A DNA stretch of 61,300 nt, filler included. It is 7 parts of 7 records of this genome, joined end to end, with 100 filler letters (N's around TTAATTAATTAA, not from the genome) between each part and the next. Parts side by side here need not be neighbours in the genome. Positions count along the whole stretch, not along the records: positions 29,761 to 41,026 come from DRR378314_1623; 6 more parts are not named here. The stretch is one strand, 5' to 3'. Shown piece by piece: positions 30,218 to 38,888 of this stretch. The notes under the pieces are model-generated. The model was not told the origin of the DNA. It saw nothing but the letters and a program-made list of their open reading frames with translations, and searched no databases. The position numbers were made by a program, and so were the translations under genes. Each line of letters begins with the position of its first letter. Within the stretch, counting starts at the first letter, position 1.

Positions 30218-30592
30218 TCAGTACGCGACAGTTATTTCATCAACAGTCGCGACAAGCTTACCTTGGCACTGCACTTGAATGTGTTGAGGCAAAGGCTTGC
30301 GCGACTGTTGGTAAGCCGCTGTGCCGGGCACGGATGGCCCGCCCTTTGACAGCTCCAGAACCAAAAGCCCTTCTGGCTGACCCGGTTGAGGCGTCAGCTT
30401 CCAGGGCTGGTCATCGGCCACGCGAACAACAACATGAAGCTTGCCGCCAGATGGCTGGCCCGGCCCCGGCATCTTGTTGATCCACGCGGACGTATCTTTA
30501 ATTTCGGGACAAGCCGCCCCGAAGAAAGGCAGGGCCGCGCAGCCGGACAGAATGAAGCATGCGGTTAGAGAAACTAATGCAACCCTCACCAT
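30218..30592 (-). CDS. Small hypothetical lipoprotein
   Basis: Lipobox ILSGC, SAWINKMPGP motif, two further Cys; start overlaps the S8 protease stop. Confidence 0.7.
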   Translation of the reverse strand: MVRVALVSLTACFILSGCAALPFFGAACPEIKDTSAWINKMPGPGQPSGGKLHVVVRVADDQPWKLTPQPGQPEGLLVLELSKGGPSVPGTAAYQQSRKPLPQHIQVQCQGKLVATVDEITVAY

Positions 30593-33135
30593 GGCGTCGA
30601 CAGTCGCATCCACAGCGCTTCCTGATCTTCCGCACCATATATGTGATTTGGTGAGGTCGAAATCAACGCCGCCGCCTCGCCCGACCAGGTATCGGTCAAA
30701 CCAAAGGTATAGCGGGTTTCATAGTCGATCTGCCGGCCGCTTGGTGTGAGCTCTGCTTTTACCAGACCACGGATCAATTGACTGTTCAAATCCACCCCGA
30801 TTGGCGCATCGAGATTGAGGTGTCCAGTTTCCGCGCGCCGAGGCTGCGCCACGATGAGATGCAGCCTTCCCTCGCCGAGCGCTCGGTCTGCACCCAGTGA
30901 CCATCGGCTCGTCCAGATGCCTTCGGCGTCAACGCCCGGCAGCTCGACACTTCCCACCTCAAGCCCGGACGACACAATCCAGCCAGCCCCCGACAGCCAG
31001 GCCCCTTCCAAGGCATAGGCCGTCATCTCGGTCTGATCCTCTGCACCAAAACGGGCCTGCAATGACCCACCGAGCGCAGTATCCTCATCCGAGATAAACG
31101 ACGCCCCTGCGCGCACGGACCATGTCCGCTCATCGCGACCGAACATAAACCCAGACTGGCTGCGTGCGCCCTGTTCAGCTGAAAAAATGTCCATGACGAG
31201 ATTGTCACTTATGGCGTGACTGAATTTCGCCCACGCACCGCCGGTCGAAAACGCATTCCCGACGCCTGGCTCGTTCAACAGGGAAATATCGGGCGCAAGA
31301 TGGGTCAGCGAGCCACCGCGGCCAAATTCGACTTGGCTCTCGCCGAGACTGTAGCGCATCTTGAACGTGGACTGAGGGTCCTCCTGATACGGTGCAGTCG
31401 GGTCTTCCTTCAGGCGGGCCTGCGCCCAGCTGAAAGACATATTGCCCGCATTCACCGCGTAGGATTCCCCCGCCGCCCAATCGGCTCGCGTATCGAAATT
31501 GATGAGGCGCGACCCCAGGGCATCTGTAGGAAACGCCGCCGCCACAGCGTCTGCGTTGAATTGGAATCCGCGCTGGTACTTGTCTTGAAACACAAGCTTG
31601 TTGAACGCGCCGGAATTCGACGCCCAGTCCCCGAACGCACCGCCGCTTGGGGCCACAGCGTCGATCAGACTGACCTTTTCAGAGCCGAAGTCGAGGTTTT
31701 GCTGGCCCTGCGGACGAAACGCCTCTTCCAGATTCAAAAGCCCCACACCCGATACACTATCCGTGCCGACGCCGGCGACCTCACCGGTAATGATGTCGGG
31801 CGTGCTATCCACATAGTCTGTCGCAGTATCCAGCAGAATCTGGAGCGCGACCTCTGGCTGCGATCTCAAATTCGGGAACGCGTCCAGCAAGAGGGCCAAC
31901 GACCCCGCTACGTATGGTGCGGCAAAAGATGTACCGGCGATCCGATAATAGTCACCCTCACTGTCAGCGTCATTACAGCCTTCAAACTCTCCCACGGCAC
32001 ATGTGGGAAGGTCTGGAAATGCCACATCGTCGTCCGGTCCAGTCGAGATTACACCTTCGCCCGGCGCCAGGAGATAATAGGATTGAGATGCGGTACCAGC
32101 GCGGTTGGAGAAGTCCGAGAGCTTTCCATCCGGATCAACCGCCCCGACGGCCACAACTCGCCCCAAGGACGAAGCCTCGCCGGCGATGTAAGCTGGCTCA
32201 TTCGGAATCTCACCCTTGGCTTCAGTCGGGTTTCCTTCTTCATCCGTCCCCGCCGGTTCTCCATCGTTACCTGCGGAGATGACCACCAGCACGCCTGCAT
32301 TCGCCGCTGCACGAATTGCGTTTTCGAGCGTGGGGTCACTATCAATGTCTCCCCCCAGCGACATGTTGATAATGGTCGCCCCTTGATCCACAGCATACTC
32401 AATTGCTGTAACGAGATTTCTGTCGTTGTAGACGCAGTCGTCATCCTCGCCTTCGCGGCCGCAACTGCCCGGCGAATCTGCTCGAATATCCAGAATGGAT
32501 GACTCATAGGCCGCGCCCTGAATTCCATTCGGCGTGTTATCGTCCAGCGAAGAATTGAAATCATCCTGGCGCCGAGCCGCAATAACGCCGGAAACAAGAG
32601 TCCCGTGCCCACCAGTGTCGATGTCACCTGGCTGTCGGCGGATGTTGACGCGGTCTCCATTCTCATCAAAGCCGGAACATTCCGTGTCCGCGCAAACGTC
32701 ATACATTTGCACCACCGCGCCCTCCAGATCTGGATGGTCGGCGTCTGTCCCGGTATCAATGACAGCGATCACCTGCCCCTGCCCCGTTGCACCCAGCGCA
32801 TACGCCGTCGAAGCCCCGATAATCGGCAACCCAACCGTGGCATCATATTCGCGCGTTTCGAAAGCGGAAGGTTCCGCGATCTGATCCGGAAATGGGTTCG
32901 AGGGCGGCGGCGGCGGTGGCGGAGGAGGCGGCAATGGCGTAACAGCGGAGCTTCCACCCCCGCCTCCGCCACCTGCGCACGCGCCTAAAATCACGATGGA
33001 AGCGCCCATCATGGTGGAGACCAGAACGGAACGCGAGATGCTCGCGCAAGAATTCGACTTACCTCTCCAAGCCAAACTTAATCCTCCCAAAACGCCCGAT
33101 GTTTTCATGCCATCGCACCAAGAGAAATAGTTCAC
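30586..33135 (-). CDS. S8 (subtilisin-like) serine protease lipoprotein with C-terminal beta-rich domain (true start probably somewhat downstream of 33135)
   Basis: Lipobox ILGAC, poly-Gly/poly-Pro linker, catalytic VIDTG, HGTLVSG, GTSFAAP and oxyanion SAGN. Confidence 0.92.
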   Translation of the reverse strand: MNYFSWCDGMKTSGVLGGLSLAWRGKSNSCASISRSVLVSTMMGASIVILGACAGGGGGGGSSAVTPLPPPPPPPPPPSNPFPDQIAEPSAFETREYDATVGLPIIGASTAYALGATGQGQVIAVIDTGTDADHPDLEGAVVQMYDVCADTECSGFDENGDRVNIRRQPGDIDTGGHGTLVSGVIAARRQDDFNSSLDDNTPNGIQGAAYESSILDIRADSPGSCGREGEDDDCVYNDRNLVTAIEYAVDQGATIINMSLGGDIDSDPTLENAIRAAANAGVLVVISAGNDGEPAGTDEEGNPTEAKGEIPNEPAYIAGEASSLGRVVAVGAVDPDGKLSDFSNRAGTASQSYYLLAPGEGVISTGPDDDVAFPDLPTCAVGEFEGCNDADSEGDYYRIAGTSFAAPYVAGSLALLLDAFPNLRSQPEVALQILLDTATDYVDSTPDIITGEVAGVGTDSVSGVGLLNLEEAFRPQGQQNLDFGSEKVSLIDAVAPSGGAFGDWASNSGAFNKLVFQDKYQRGFQFNADAVAAAFPTDALGSRLINFDTRADWAAGESYAVNAGNMSFSWAQARLKEDPTAPYQEDPQSTFKMRYSLGESQVEFGRGGSLTHLAPDISLLNEPGVGNAFSTGGAWAKFSHAISDNLVMDIFSAEQGARSQSGFMFGRDERTWSVRAGASFISDEDTALGGSLQARFGAEDQTEMTAYALEGAWLSGAGWIVSSGLEVGSVELPGVDAEGIWTSRWSLGADRALGEGRLHLIVAQPRRAETGHLNLDAPIGVDLNSQLIRGLVKAELTPSGRQIDYETRYTFGLTDTWSGEAAALISTSPNHIYGAEDQEALWMRLSTPW

Positions 33136-33174
33136 CTTAAAGAGAAGAATAGCGCAAATATTTCGTTCAGTTGA

Positions 33175-34104
33175 TCAGGAGAACTCAACCCGTTCCTGCG
33201 AGAAGTAAAATAGCGACCTTGTCTCTGCATCGATCGCATCCCCAGGTGCATCCAACAGGGCCTTCATGGCGTGCTTCCGGTCTTTCAAAGCGTGCGCGAA
33301 ATCTGCTTCAATCAACTGATCAACACCCGTGCGAGTCATCGCATCGCGCACTTCCATATACAGTGTCAGCGATCCCCCCAAGAACATGGACTCGTAGGCG
33401 ATCTTGCTGGCAATCTTGTCGTGGATGTCTGAATATTGGAATTGCCGTTCCATGACCGATTTACGCTTGCAGATGAAATCGATCTCGTGGCGGTGCTTGG
33501 GATGGCGAAGATAGAAATTCTTCAGAGCCATCATTTCCCCATCAATCCGTCCCTGAATATCGTCGGGAAGCGATTCGCTCAGAATGATAATGATATCTAT
33601 GTCAGAGCCTCGAACCATTTCACCAGAGGCTGAGTGCTCTCGCATCTCGTTATGCGCCAGAAAGTATGAGAGGTCGCCCGCGATGAAAGCGCAAAGCTGA
33701 CTGCGCACTTCCCGCCCCAAGCTTACAAATAATTGCTTCATCACATCTTGGGCCACCCCGATTTTCTCGCGGCTGATCTCCCGGTGCATGTTTGAGAGGG
33801 AACCTTGCCGTTCGATCATCTGGTAGCGCTGGCCGGGAAGGCCAAAGAGCGTAAAAGAGAGGAAGTCCCGAAGTATCGACGGGCTAAGCCGCACCTGGTC
33901 TTCTCGTGTGATGTCAAATCGCAAATAGTAGCTGGCAAAATGGGAGATCAACAAACTCCGGCTACGATTGCAGGCTTGCCAAAGCGCCAGCACAGGAACA
34001 TCCGGCATATCAAACGACAGTTCCTTGCCGATACGCGGACCCTTTTCTTCCAGAATTCGGGCAATCCGGTCGTCGATTTCTTCAAAGTTTATTGTCACAG
34101 GCAC
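33175..34104 (-). CDS. Uncharacterised protein with Pol-beta-like nucleotidyltransferase signature
   Basis: FIAGDLSY...RGSDIDIIII...EIDFICK; globular composition; GTG start at 34104 or 34098 inferred. Confidence 0.75.
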   Translation of the reverse strand: MPVTINFEEIDDRIARILEEKGPRIGKELSFDMPDVPVLALWQACNRSRSLLISHFASYYLRFDITREDQVRLSPSILRDFLSFTLFGLPGQRYQMIERQGSLSNMHREISREKIGVAQDVMKQLFVSLGREVRSQLCAFIAGDLSYFLAHNEMREHSASGEMVRGSDIDIIIILSESLPDDIQGRIDGEMMALKNFYLRHPKHRHEIDFICKRKSVMERQFQYSDIHDKIASKIAYESMFLGGSLTLYMEVRDAMTRTGVDQLIEADFAHALKDRKHAMKALLDAPGDAIDAETRSLFYFSQERVEFS

Positions 34105-34304
34105 ATTCGGTCCATTTTGGCAGAAACGCACAATGCGCAAACGCTCACCTCAGCCGAGGATCGACCGCCGCTGCGGTCAGGTCAATACTTGATGCGAACC
34201 ATTGCACACTGTACGGGAAACAAGGCGCTGTTGACCAAACACATGACGGTCCAATGGCGCTTGCGACAATTGTAATTCTGGAAACGAGCGCTTTGGTAGT
34301 TCAG

Positions 34305-35489
34305 ATGGAAGTGATTACCAGAATTCGCAGCTGGCTGTTCAACCACGCCCTCCCCGTCTGGACAGAAAAATGCATGGACAGCCGCTTTGGCGGACCTGTC
34401 GAGAGCTTCTCTCTTGATGGAGACCGTCCGTTTACCGATGCATATAAGCGGACATTCGTCGTTGCGCGACAGCTATATGTTATGTCTCATGCCAGCCTGC
34501 TCGGTGAGAAAAAGGCAGGCCCACTCGCGGATGCCTTATTTGAGTATTTGAGAAAAGTTTGTTGGCGGGGCCCGGAATCTGGTTGGGTTCACAAGGTCAC
34601 GCTTGAGGGGGATATTCTCGACCCGACGGCCGATCTCTATGATTTCGCATTCTGCCTATTCGCTCTCAGCTGGTATTACCGGCTGACTGAAAACTCAGAT
34701 GCTCTGACCCTCGCACACCAGACGCTGGATATTGTGGAGCGAGACTTCGCGCACCCATCCGGAAACGGATATTACAATCAGCTACCCGCCAACCTGCCAC
34801 GCCAACAGAACCCGCATATGCACCTGATGGAAGGGCTACTCGCCTTTTGGGAAGTGACGAATGATCCACGCGCCAAGGACATGTCGAATCGCTTGGCCGC
34901 ATTGTTTCAACGTCAACTGTTCGACAAGGCAGCTGGCGCCATGCCCGAATTCTTCAATGACTCTTTAAACCCCATTGCCGACTCCACTCGCAACCATATT
35001 GAAGCCGGCCATCAGTTCGAATGGGCGTGGATATTGGCGCGCCACCAGCAATTATCCGGACAAGATCATACCGACATCGTCCGCACACTGGTTCTGAATG
35101 CCGAACGCTTTGGCCTTCACGAAACTCGCGGCTGGACCATGAATTCGAACAAGCTGGATACCAGCTCCCAAGATCGCGGCTCCCGAACGTGGCCAAATTC
35201 AGAGCGTATCAAGGGTTGGATTGCATTGCATGAACTAACCGGCGTGTCGCCTTGGCACGCAATTGAGCAAAGCTGCGAAACCTTGTTCGGCGTACATCTT
35301 GGTTCATCCGCACCGCGTGGCATGTGGCTCGACACGGTAGATGAGGATGGCAAACCGACTTGCATCAAGATCCCGACATCGACCCTTTACCACGTGTTTC
35401 TGGCGTTCACTGAGGTCTTGCGGATCGCTGAAGGCAGCGCCCCGCTTTCGTCAAATCAAGATGCAGATTTCAACAGCGACAGCAAATAA
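34305..35489 (+). CDS. AGE-family epimerase/isomerase (mannose-6-phosphate isomerase-like)
   Basis: ARQLYV, DLYDFAF, QNPHMHLME, EAGHQFEWAW, RTWPNSE, STLYH. Confidence 0.9.
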   Translation: MEVITRIRSWLFNHALPVWTEKCMDSRFGGPVESFSLDGDRPFTDAYKRTFVVARQLYVMSHASLLGEKKAGPLADALFEYLRKVCWRGPESGWVHKVTLEGDILDPTADLYDFAFCLFALSWYYRLTENSDALTLAHQTLDIVERDFAHPSGNGYYNQLPANLPRQQNPHMHLMEGLLAFWEVTNDPRAKDMSNRLAALFQRQLFDKAAGAMPEFFNDSLNPIADSTRNHIEAGHQFEWAWILARHQQLSGQDHTDIVRTLVLNAERFGLHETRGWTMNSNKLDTSSQDRGSRTWPNSERIKGWIALHELTGVSPWHAIEQSCETLFGVHLGSSAPRGMWLDTVDEDGKPTCIKIPTSTLYHVFLAFTEVLRIAEGSAPLSSNQDADFNSDSK

Positions 35490-36325
35490 TCGCGGTACTC
35501 GTTCTTGAACCCATTTGCCCGCTCACGCATTTGATCATCAGTGATCAGACTTCTACGCCAAGCCACCTCTTCAAGACACGCCACCTTTAGCCCTTGCCGC
35601 TTTTCTACAGTCTGAACGAACTGGGATGCCTCCAGCAGACTATCGAATGTTCCCGCATCCAACCAGGTTGTTCCCCGCTGCAGGCGCGTGACAGTCAGCT
35701 CTCCTCGCTGGAAGTAAGCCTCGTTCACACTTGTAATTTCCAACTCTCCGCGAGCTGAAGGAGTAACTTGCTCTGCGACCTGCACCACGTCTGAACCATA
35801 GAAATACAGCCCGGGTATAGCCCAGTTGCTTTTTGGCGTCTCAGGCTTTTCTTCCAATGAAACTGGCTTGCCATCACCGTCCAGCTCAACGATTCCAAAT
35901 CGCTTCGGATCGTTCACTTGGTAGGCCAACACAGCTGCTCCGCGCTTTAGCGCAGCCAAAGCTTGAAGCTGCCCGGATAGTCCAGCGCCATAAAAGATAT
36001 TATCGCCCAACGCCAGCGCACAAGGCTGGCCATCGATAAAATCCCGGCCGATCAGAAAGGCCTCGGCCAAGCCATTGGGATCATCCTGGATAGCGTAGGA
36101 AATCGACACACCCCACTGGCTCCCATCTCGTAACAAGCTTCGGTAAGCCGCGCTATGCTCGGGTGCGCAGATAACCAGAATCTCAGTAATGCCCGCCAGC
36201 ATGAGTGTGGAGATCGGATAATAAATCAGAGGTTTGTCATAGATCGACAGGAGGTGCTTCGACACCCCCCGTGTCACTGGATGAAGGCGGCTACCCGTCC
36301 CTCCCGCCAGAACTATACCTTTCAT
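35456..36325 (-). CDS. rfbA: Glucose-1-phosphate thymidylyltransferase
   Basis: GIVLAGGTGSRL, YDKPLIYYP, LGDNIFYG, SARGELEIT, WLDAGT. Confidence 0.96.
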   Translation of the reverse strand: MKGIVLAGGTGSRLHPVTRGVSKHLLSIYDKPLIYYPISTLMLAGITEILVICAPEHSAAYRSLLRDGSQWGVSISYAIQDDPNGLAEAFLIGRDFIDGQPCALALGDNIFYGAGLSGQLQALAALKRGAAVLAYQVNDPKRFGIVELDGDGKPVSLEEKPETPKSNWAIPGLYFYGSDVVQVAEQVTPSARGELEITSVNEAYFQRGELTVTRLQRGTTWLDAGTFDSLLEASQFVQTVEKRQGLKVACLEEVAWRRSLITDDQMRERANGFKNEYRDYLLSLLKSAS

Positions 36326-37206
36326 GGTGTATCAAACTCCTCGATCAACACGCGCACGGTCTCTTCCAACCCCAATCGCCAGTCTGGCAGCGAAACGCTG
36401 AAAACACGCTCGGTGTCAGACATGTCAAGGCGAGCATTCAGTGGCCTCTGAGCAGGTGTTGGATATGCTTTTGTCGGTATACCACTTACCTCTGCGCAAG
36501 GACCATCATGACGCGCGCTAACCTCGAATATCAATCGCGCCATGCTCGCCCGGTCTATCTCGCCAGCTCCAGCAAGGTGATAGATACCCCAATCCTGGAA
36601 ATCTGCCGTCAGCGCGCAATCCGAAATCGTCACAAGCGCCTCAGCCAATGCGGGCGCATAAGTTGGACAGCCGAACTGGTCATTCACGACCGAAACACTC
36701 TCCCGCGACCCGGCCAGCCCCAACATTGTTGTAACGAAATTGCTGGCGAGGTGAGAAAAAATCCACGATACCCGGACAATTATGGAACGAGCCGCAACAG
36801 AACGCACAGCTTCCTCACCATCAAGCTTGCTTTGTCCGTAAACGCCCATTGGGCACGTCACATCAGATGGTAAGTACGGTGTAGGCTTTCTCCCATCGAA
36901 CACGCAATCGGTGGACAAGTGTATCAAGGGAACGCCGTACGCATCGCAAAGACCGGCTAATTCACGAGGTCCGTCAACATTCAGGGCTCGACAAAAATCA
37001 GGTTCGGACTCGGCACGATCTACCGCCGTGTACGCCCCTGCGTTGATTATGATTTCTGGACGATGATGTTTCAGCGCTTTTTCCAGTGATTGAGGATCGA
37101 GCAAGTCCGCCTCATCGCGACCCGCGCAATACAGGTCATCGATCCCAAGCCCGGCGAATGCCTGGGCCATTTGGCCCGACTTTCCAATCACAAGAATTCT
37201 GGTCAT
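36322..37206 (-). CDS. rfbD: dTDP-4-dehydrorhamnose reductase
   Basis: MTRILVIGKSGQM, AYTAVDRAE, STDCVFDG, YGQSKLDGE, DQFGCPT. Confidence 0.94.
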   Translation of the reverse strand: MTRILVIGKSGQMAQAFAGLGIDDLYCAGRDEADLLDPQSLEKALKHHRPEIIINAGAYTAVDRAESEPDFCRALNVDGPRELAGLCDAYGVPLIHLSTDCVFDGRKPTPYLPSDVTCPMGVYGQSKLDGEEAVRSVAARSIIVRVSWIFSHLASNFVTTMLGLAGSRESVSVVNDQFGCPTYAPALAEALVTISDCALTADFQDWGIYHLAGAGEIDRASMARLIFEVSARHDGPCAEVSGIPTKAYPTPAQRPLNARLDMSDTERVFSVSLPDWRLGLEETVRVLIEEFDTP

Positions 37207-38252
37207 GTACCAGAACCCAATCGCTCGCCCGCATAGACGCGATCTTGCAGCGGTTTCCACCATTGTTCGTTGGAGAGGTACCAATCAACTGTTTCCGCCA
37301 GACCAGCTTCGAAGTCACGCGATGGAGCCCACCCAAGCGACATGTTTATTTTCGTTGCATCAATTGCGTACCGATAATCATGCCCAGGGCGGTCGTCGAC
37401 ATATTCAATCAGGCGATTGTGAGGCGCGTTCTCGGGACAACGCTCATCCATCAGGCGGCAAATCGTTTCCACGATCCAGATATTGGTGCGTTCAGCGCCG
37501 CCTCCCACACAATAGGTTTCCCCTGGCTCTCCCTTTTGCGCCATGAGCAACAACGCCCGCGCATGATCATCGGCATGCAGCCAGTCCCGAACGTTAAGCC
37601 CCTGCCCGTAAACAGGGAGGCTCTCGCCTGACAAGCATTTCAAAATCATCAGAGGAATGAGTTTTTCGGGGAACTGGCGAAGCCCATAATTATTCGAGCA
37701 ATTCGAAACAATCACAGGCAGCCCGTAGGTGTTGAACCATGCTCGCACCAGATGGTCAGCGCCCGCCTTACTGGCCGAATAGGGGGACGACGGCGCATAG
37801 GGCGTCGTCTCACTGAATGTGCCTGTGTCACCCAGAGAGCCAAACACTTCATCTGTCGAGACATGCACAAATCGGAACGCGTCTTTCGCACTATCGGCGA
37901 GCCCAGAATAATAATTGCGGGCCGCCTCCAACATGGCGCACGTCCCAGCAACATTGGTTGAAACGAAATTCGCTGGCCCATCTATCGACCGGTCAACATG
38001 TGTTTCTGCTGCGAGATGAAAAATCGATCTTGGTACTGATTTTTCTACAATCTCAGCCATCATCGGAAAGTCGGTGATGTCCGCTTCGATCAATTCAAGG
38101 CGCCCATCCATCTCGAGAGATGAGAGTGACTGGCGGTTCCCCGCATAGGTCAGCTTGTCTATGACAACAATCCTGTCGTCAGTCGCCTCTGCCAGATAGT
38201 GGCAAAGCGCCGACCCGATAAATCCGGCGCCCCCCGTGACGAGCCAGCTCAT
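37203..38252 (-). CDS. rfbB: dTDP-glucose 4,6-dehydratase
   Basis: VTGGAGFIG, DKLTYAGN, AAETHVDRSI, STDEV, YSASKA, RPGHDYRY. Confidence 0.96.
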   Translation of the reverse strand: MSWLVTGGAGFIGSALCHYLAEATDDRIVVIDKLTYAGNRQSLSSLEMDGRLELIEADITDFPMMAEIVEKSVPRSIFHLAAETHVDRSIDGPANFVSTNVAGTCAMLEAARNYYSGLADSAKDAFRFVHVSTDEVFGSLGDTGTFSETTPYAPSSPYSASKAGADHLVRAWFNTYGLPVIVSNCSNNYGLRQFPEKLIPLMILKCLSGESLPVYGQGLNVRDWLHADDHARALLLMAQKGEPGETYCVGGGAERTNIWIVETICRLMDERCPENAPHNRLIEYVDDRPGHDYRYAIDATKINMSLGWAPSRDFEAGLAETVDWYLSNEQWWKPLQDRVYAGERLGSGT

Positions 38253-38833
38253 CGCTTTTCCTCGTGGATGGATTCAAGCTTCAGGTAGTCTGCAAGGCTA
38301 GGCAAAGCCCTATCCTTATCAGACAGTATTCGCGCATGAGGCGGCACCGGCCAATCGATGGCAATCGCCGGATCATCATGCGCAATGCCGTAATCATGCG
38401 ATGGCGCGTAGTACGCATCGGTTTTGTAAACCACTTCCGTATCGTCCTCGAGCGTACAAAAGCCGTGCGCAAAGCCCCGAGGGATGAACAATTGTGCACC
38501 GCTGTCTGCACATAGTTCCACAGACATTGCCCGACCGAAATTCGGCGAGCTTCTCCGAACATCGACCGCGACATCCAGAATTCGCCCTTTCACGCACCTG
38601 ACGAGCTTCCCCTGTGCGTAGGGGGGCGCCTGGAAATGCAGCCCCCTGATCGTCCCAGCGTCCGCTGATCGGGAATGATTATCCTGCACAAATGGTCCAG
38701 CAATTCCGGCCTCGGCAAAAACATCAGCCCGATACGTCTCGGCAAACCATCCACGCGGATCTTCAAACTTTTTTGGAATTACATGAATGACCTGCGGCAG
38801 CACGTCATCCTGTTTGAATTCAAAAGGCATCAT
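38249..38833 (-). CDS. rfbC: dTDP-4-dehydrorhamnose 3,5-epimerase
   Basis: DPRGWF, FVQDNHS, RGLHFQ, QGKLVRC, GFAHGF. Confidence 0.96.
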   Translation of the reverse strand: MMPFEFKQDDVLPQVIHVIPKKFEDPRGWFAETYRADVFAEAGIAGPFVQDNHSRSADAGTIRGLHFQAPPYAQGKLVRCVKGRILDVAVDVRRSSPNFGRAMSVELCADSGAQLFIPRGFAHGFCTLEDDTEVVYKTDAYYAPSHDYGIAHDDPAIAIDWPVPPHARILSDKDRALPSLADYLKLESIHEEKR

Positions 38834-38888
38834 TCCTCACATACGACTCGCGCTCGCTAATGGGCTATATCACGAACCGCTGTTGTGG

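Noticed and set aside
31216..32502. 428-aa + strand ORF
   Set aside because: Antisense to the S8 protease; Arg-rich and without motifs.
32900..32975. GGC/CCG trinucleotide runs as a phase-variation tract
   Set aside because: In-frame codons for the poly-Gly/poly-Pro linker of the protease.
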